From an uncultured bacterium (GTDB taxonomy: Bacteria; SAR324; NAC60-12), in assembly GCA_965662235.1 (NCBI GenBank), contig CBFIGY010000011.1:30110-94109 (forward strand): a stretch of DNA of 64,000 bases. The letters are read 5' to 3'. Of the stretch, positions 60,101 to 64,000 are shown piece by piece; the stretch's first letter is position 1, and each line of letters starts with the position of its first letter. Below the pieces are notes generated by a model. That model was not told where the DNA came from. It saw only the letters and a list, made by a program, of their open reading frames with translations, and made no database searches. Made by a program: the position numbers and the translations under genes.

Positions 60101-61108
60101 GCCCTGTCGGGAAGCGTGCTCGTCGGGGAACCCCTGGGAGGAACGACTTTCTCCGGAGCGGCTTATGAAGATACCTCTGCCATAACCTTAATTCCACCGA
60201 ACTACAGCGCTGCAGGATACTCAGTGGCATCGGCAGGAAACCAGGTGGTGGTGGGGGCTCCGGGCATGGCAGGTACCAAACAGTACATTACCGACATTTC
60301 AGTGGGTGGCTCTCATGGAGCCGCATACTTTGGGGATTCTTCTTCAATCCAGAACAGTCTCTCCTATTCGGACAATGCCTCAGAGCTTGATTCGTTTGGA
60401 TGGAGTGTTGCTCACAGCGGGACCTACTTGGCCGTGGGGGCGCCGGGTGTCAATGACAGCGGCGGGACGGTGTTGGTGTACCTGAGTGATGGAACCCTCC
60501 GGGAACAACTCCTTCCCGCCAATGTTGGAGGGGGGGATCAATTCGGGTATGCGGTGGCGATGTCCGGAGACCTGTTGGCGGTCGGTGCGCCGGGCGAGTC
60601 CAGTGCTCAGTCCACGGTGACCCAAGCGGATTCAAGCGACAACACCCTGTTTGGGGCCGGAGCCGTCTACGTCTACAAGGACAATGGCTCTGCCTATGAA
60701 CTGTACGCCTTTGTCAAACCCAGCAATCCGGGCGAGAGCGACGGCTTTGGCTCTTCTGTGGCGTTAGACAACGAGACGCTGGTGATCGGGGCGCCCGAGG
60801 AGGACGGATCCTCTGGAAGCCTCCGGTACCTCGGAAACAACGATTTTGACAACGACGCTGATGACAATTACGGCGCTGTCTACGTCTTCCGAGACAACGG
60901 CAGCACCTTTATCCCCGTCGCGTACCTCAAAGCGGACAATGCCGGACCAGGGGATCTGTTCGGAACCTCTGTCGCGGTTTCTGGAAGCCGGGTCCTGGTC
61001 GGGGCTCCTTACGAAGACAGTGCCCAGACGTCGTTCAGCAGCGAGGGAGCCACGGATGACAATACCACCTCAGCCGGGGCGGCGTACCTCTTTGAGATTG
61101 TGGAGTGA
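57101..61108 (+). CDS. Paralogous surface lipoprotein: eight Ig-like repeats, a Big_5-like domain and an FG-GAP propeller
   Basis: Lipobox LGAC; same repeat type; alternative start at 57143. Confidence 0.88.
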   Translation: MSPAFRNGPLQSWGMIKQLIPLGVALLLGACGASDASDPELVLDPELKAPQVALQSDTGASASDNITREGVLQVSGLNTEARWEYTVDNGSLWISGAETSFSVAAGSYPSGAIQVRQRQENRVSPVQLMSALEVDEQAAAPALSLDNDTGPSATDQISQDGTVEVQGLETGASWEYSLDEGTTWATGAANQFALEEGSYLWGKIRVRQIDLAGNTSPATLMGRVVILQRAPIAPVLKLLVDDGKSAEDGETSDGTIQVQKIELGNTWEYSKDNGSTWTAGTGDTFLLPNGDYPQGLVQARQNDLAGNRSAPGTLRAVKVDTAQTPVLSLVVDNGSSATDQVSNLGAVLVGSLEPGATWEYSLDSGATWTSGSGTTFTLSEGTYAAEVIQARQTDSAGRTSAPGKMTEVVIDQTLPDAPQLSLLEDDGDSSSDNITSNGTILVAGLESTAAWQYSSDNGSTWDNATQASQFTLGVGTYAAGEVQVRQIDLAGNPSSAGTLGAVTIGLLAPTLSLRTDTGTSSSDSITNDGTLEVGQLYSGASWQYTVDNGSNWSSLRSDTSNSFVLAAGTYPAGTILVKQRDLLQRESPTGTFVNEIVVDEEALPPTLSVDNDTDNTSDTTISSRANVLRVNGLEPFATWQYSLDGGGFWTSGVTDLDNNSTFIVSPEGTYSSGNIQVKQTDLAGNTSDYGTLAVTVYTYPSPPELALDPDAGASDADHLTTWDNGSASVTVTYDSGNTWQYSLDNGTSWDNGTGSSFSLDSGETYDNSTGRKVWDAGRIQARQIDGYGNLSDIASMEQVQVDNVSPSVSTTQPLDNSSVIWGAPISVAFSEEMDPGSMTTSDNATCSGSLQLSADNFSTCVPLSSTVTSTDNRTFELSVAELLTPGRTYVLQVTGGANGVKDFSGNPLDNASGWQQTSGMVAVGLKRSAYLKAPSPAERDRFGWAVAIENQTLYVAAPYYDDSVDTDVGAVFVFDNSSGLSAGATLQRSTADGLYGYALSALSGSVLVGEPLGGTTFSGAAYEDTSAITLIPPNYSAAGYSVASAGNQVVVGAPGMAGTKQYITDISVGGSHGAAYFGDSSSIQNSLSYSDNASELDSFGWSVAHSGTYLAVGAPGVNDSGGTVLVYLSDGTLREQLLPANVGGGDQFGYAVAMSGDLLAVGAPGESSAQSTVTQADSSDNTLFGAGAVYVYKDNGSAYELYAFVKPSNPGESDGFGSSVALDNETLVIGAPEEDGSSGSLRYLGNNDFDNDADDNYGAVYVFRDNGSTFIPVAYLKADNAGPGDLFGTSVAVSGSRVLVGAPYEDSAQTSFSSEGATDDNTTSAGAAYLFEIVE

Positions 61109-63918
61109 GTGGGATGATGAGGAGCCTCTGGATGGAAAAACGAGCGCCCCTGCGCGGTTTGGGACTCGCCTGCCTCGTTTTGGGAATCTTGAGCCTGGCC
61201 GGGTGTGATCAACAGGGGGGGGGCTCCAGTGACAGCGCCGCAGACAACCGTACGGTGGCCATTGGAGATGATACCTACGTTCCTAATTTTGGAGCCGGTG
61301 ACCTGAGCTTCTCCAAGGTCTGGGTCAAGGATGTGGCCGAGGCCGGGTTTCCGACAGACATCTGGTTTGATGTGACCAACGAGGGGGAGGCCCTGCGGGC
61401 TGACATCACGGTCTACCTGGACTTTGTGCGCTTGGAGAATGAAAACGTCCACTCGCTGGACCTGTCAGACCCGTCTTATCAGCCGGATTTCCTTGGAACC
61501 TTTGTCGAAATTCCCTACTTGGAAGTAGGGGAGACCCGGCACATTGACCACACCTTCCGCATTCCTGCCGACATGGACGCCGGCGTGTATGCCGCCGTGT
61601 TCACGGTCCGTTACAGCGAAGGGATGCTGGAAGAGGCCCGGGTGGTCCGGAAGCTTCAAGCAGCTCCAGGCAGCATCCTCATTGGTAAACCGGATTATCC
61701 CAACATCCGCATCCTCGACTACCGCATGGCCTACGGCAACAGCCTGGTCTTTCAGGATCACCCGGCGCCATCTGAAGGAGAGGTTTACACCCCTCAGGAC
61801 AGTCAGCTGGCGTTGATGCTGGGGGTGGAGTCCATGGCCATGGACACAACGGAGCCGGTGGAGGTGACCTTTGATCTGGAGGTGCCCGGAATGGGGACGT
61901 TCCCGGTTCTGATTCAAGCTGACCCGGAGCCCGAGGCTCAGGCGTCCGCAACGCAAACTGGAGGAGACACGCAGAAGGTCGCCATCCGTCGTTGGGTGAA
62001 GGAGCCGGAGTGCAAGATCTACGATCAGCGGGGCATCATCTCGCATCATGGCCTGGCTCCCCTCGATCCGGAAGCACAGCAGCAGCTGGTTGATCGTGGT
62101 CGGAGCGTCCGCTGTGCGTCACTTTACCGAGAATCGGTTGTGGGCCTTCCCTTTCAGCTGGAGCTGACCCCAGAGCTTCAGCAGGTGCTGCAGCGCTTCA
62201 CGGTGGACACGCCGGTTGAGCTCATTGTCCGGGTGGATCCTGACCAAAAGATCACGGAGTGGCAACAGCATAAGGTTGACAACGAAGTCCGGATTCCGTT
62301 GGTCTTCTTGGCCGATTTTTCGGTGTCACAGCTCACCAGCCGTACCACGGCGACCCGGAGCAGCGCCAGTGAAACGCCTTATCCCAAGGATGTCTATGGC
62401 CTCTGGGGAGCAAAGTCCTGGCTCCTGAAAAAGGAGATGGTGCTCGATCCTCGGGACCTGTGGAAGGGAGACCAGAGCAGCTCGGATGAGTCGGCCAGCG
62501 TCAGTGAGGATGTGGGATACACTCTGCCCAGCAGCGTCTTTACCAGCGAGCACAAAGACTTTCGAGAAACCCCGGCGATGTTTGGGTTTGCCTATGAGTT
62601 CGGGGATCAGAAGTACTACCGGGAAAGCGACAAATTCAAGCCTCATGCCGATGCCGCCTACCGGAAGATGGTGGCGTACCTGCACACGGACTACCTGTGG
62701 GAACGGTACTATCTGGTGGACTTTGAATCGACTTACAACCTGGACCTCAAGAACCTCTCCAACAGCTTCCACGGGTACCGCTTCATGATGGAGGAGAAGC
62801 CCAGCCCGATCGAAGACATGCCAGGGTTCGACGAAGATGACATGGAGATCCTGCAGCTCCAGTCATCAAGCAGCGAAGAGGATGAAGAGGAGGGAAAGAA
62901 GCCCACCGTTGAAGAAGAGGTCATTGACGATAAGGAGGAAAAGGACGGGAAGGCTGAGATGACCGGATTTGTGAGCGACATTGTCCGCGCACAGATCTAC
63001 TACAAGATGCCCCAGTTTGACGACCTTTGGGTGACTCCGGATGAGACCATCAGCAATCACCCCACTGGAGCCCTGACCAAGTGTGACCTAGACAGCCAAC
63101 TGAACGCCGGATCGACTCTGGAAGGAGGAGGCGTTGCGGACACTCCTCAGGCGACAAGTGACAGCTTCACCCAGCAGAAGATTGACGAGTTGGGAATTGA
63201 TGCAACGCCGGAAGAGCTCGCCAAGTGGGGCCTGACGATCAATGACTACCGGAGTTACGCCTGGCAGGAGACGAATCCTGGACAAGCCGACAGCTGCTAC
63301 TACTACCCGCTGTTTGATTCGTTAAATAAGGAAACAAACACGGAGCGGTTTACCTTCTGGATGGCCTGGATGGTTGAGAAAAGCTTTCAGCTGGGGCCTT
63401 TCCCGATGGGCCTAGAGGCCGGCGTTGCCGGAGAAACAGGTGCGTACGCGAAGCTGAACCTCTACCCCAACAATCAACTGATTGGCGAGCAGGGTCCGTT
63501 TGTCAACGTCAATGGACTGCTGGCCTTCTACATTGGAAAGAGCTGGGGACCCCTGACGGCACAAATTGGTGTGAAGACCACCGTTAAGTTCTTCAAGTAC
63601 CGGCTGGCCAATGTGGAGGAGTTTCAGCTGGCTCCTTCCCTGGGGCTGACCTCCTTTACCCACAACCTTTACAACAAGTACAAGGCTCTTTACATCAAGG
63701 TTGATGCCTTCCTGAAATTGGTTCTGGACCTTTGGCTCTTTGAGCTGGGAATTGACGCAAGCTGGGAGCTCTTCAACTACGTTGGGGTGGGCACCAAGGT
63801 GCAGATCACCGGCTGTGCCCTTTACTTTCCAGGAACCGACATATGTTTCATTCCGGCCAACATCGAATACATAGACTATGAACGGAATACGATCCGGTCA
63901 AATACCAAAGTTTTCTGA
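61105..63918 (+). CDS. Large lipoprotein of unknown function
   Basis: Lipobox LAGC; CARDB-like motif VRVDPDQKITE...DNE; acidic stretch; aromatic beta-strand-like C-terminus. Confidence 0.8.
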   Translation: MSGMMRSLWMEKRAPLRGLGLACLVLGILSLAGCDQQGGGSSDSAADNRTVAIGDDTYVPNFGAGDLSFSKVWVKDVAEAGFPTDIWFDVTNEGEALRADITVYLDFVRLENENVHSLDLSDPSYQPDFLGTFVEIPYLEVGETRHIDHTFRIPADMDAGVYAAVFTVRYSEGMLEEARVVRKLQAAPGSILIGKPDYPNIRILDYRMAYGNSLVFQDHPAPSEGEVYTPQDSQLALMLGVESMAMDTTEPVEVTFDLEVPGMGTFPVLIQADPEPEAQASATQTGGDTQKVAIRRWVKEPECKIYDQRGIISHHGLAPLDPEAQQQLVDRGRSVRCASLYRESVVGLPFQLELTPELQQVLQRFTVDTPVELIVRVDPDQKITEWQQHKVDNEVRIPLVFLADFSVSQLTSRTTATRSSASETPYPKDVYGLWGAKSWLLKKEMVLDPRDLWKGDQSSSDESASVSEDVGYTLPSSVFTSEHKDFRETPAMFGFAYEFGDQKYYRESDKFKPHADAAYRKMVAYLHTDYLWERYYLVDFESTYNLDLKNLSNSFHGYRFMMEEKPSPIEDMPGFDEDDMEILQLQSSSSEEDEEEGKKPTVEEEVIDDKEEKDGKAEMTGFVSDIVRAQIYYKMPQFDDLWVTPDETISNHPTGALTKCDLDSQLNAGSTLEGGGVADTPQATSDSFTQQKIDELGIDATPEELAKWGLTINDYRSYAWQETNPGQADSCYYYPLFDSLNKETNTERFTFWMAWMVEKSFQLGPFPMGLEAGVAGETGAYAKLNLYPNNQLIGEQGPFVNVNGLLAFYIGKSWGPLTAQIGVKTTVKFFKYRLANVEEFQLAPSLGLTSFTHNLYNKYKALYIKVDAFLKLVLDLWLFELGIDASWELFNYVGVGTKVQITGCALYFPGTDICFIPANIEYIDYERNTIRSNTKVF

Positions 63919-63925
63919 GGTGACC

Positions 63926-64000
63926 ATGAAGCGTTCTGTCTGGGCATTTACGGCAATGCTGCTCCTGCTGCTGGGAGGCCTGGGAGGGTGTCGTCCTTCA
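63926..64000 (+). CDS. Lipoprotein, N-terminus only (truncated by the window end)
   Basis: GAGGTG RBS; MKRSVWAFTAMLLLLLGGLGGCRPS. Confidence 0.65.
   Translation, partial: MKRSVWAFTAMLLLLLGGLGGCRPS

Overview
GC-rich (roughly 60-63% by eye), gene-dense bacterial chromosome segment. No rRNA, tRNA, CRISPR array or IS element was seen. The IHF, FliM, RodA and TatC sequences and the marine-type DMSP lyase suggest a deltaproteobacteria-like marine organism, possibly SAR324; this is inference only. Left to right: (1) a glycan-utilisation operon (sugar ABC transporter, beta-helix GH28-like enzyme, PhyH dioxygenase, three Gfo/Idh/MocA oxidoreductases, GH38 alpha-mannosidase); (2) cobI and a cbiG-cobJ fusion, a HAD phosphatase, a D,D-carboxypeptidase and an NfeD/SPFH pair; (3) a DddL-type DMSP lyase convergent on an RND pump; (4) housekeeping genes (moxR, gltX, rodA, NUDIX, orphan fliM, ihfB, fbaA, yhhQ, dinF, a lone tyrosine recombinase, tatC, a secreted WD40 protein); (5) an accessory block with a six-PAS kinase and a 7TM-DISM hybrid kinase ending in a ChiS-like DNA-binding domain, followed by an AT-rich repeat-containing intergenic region and an operon of at least four lipoproteins. 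Two of these lipoproteins (Ig-repeat stalk plus FG-GAP propeller) carry about 48 D-N-x-S/T motifs, which suggests an N-glycosylation system with an unusual Asp(-1) sequon. Window-wide, the palindrome TCCGGA is strongly over-represented and Leu CTA codons sit mostly in CCTAG context. All counts were made by eye and all family assignments come from recalled motifs, not from database searches.
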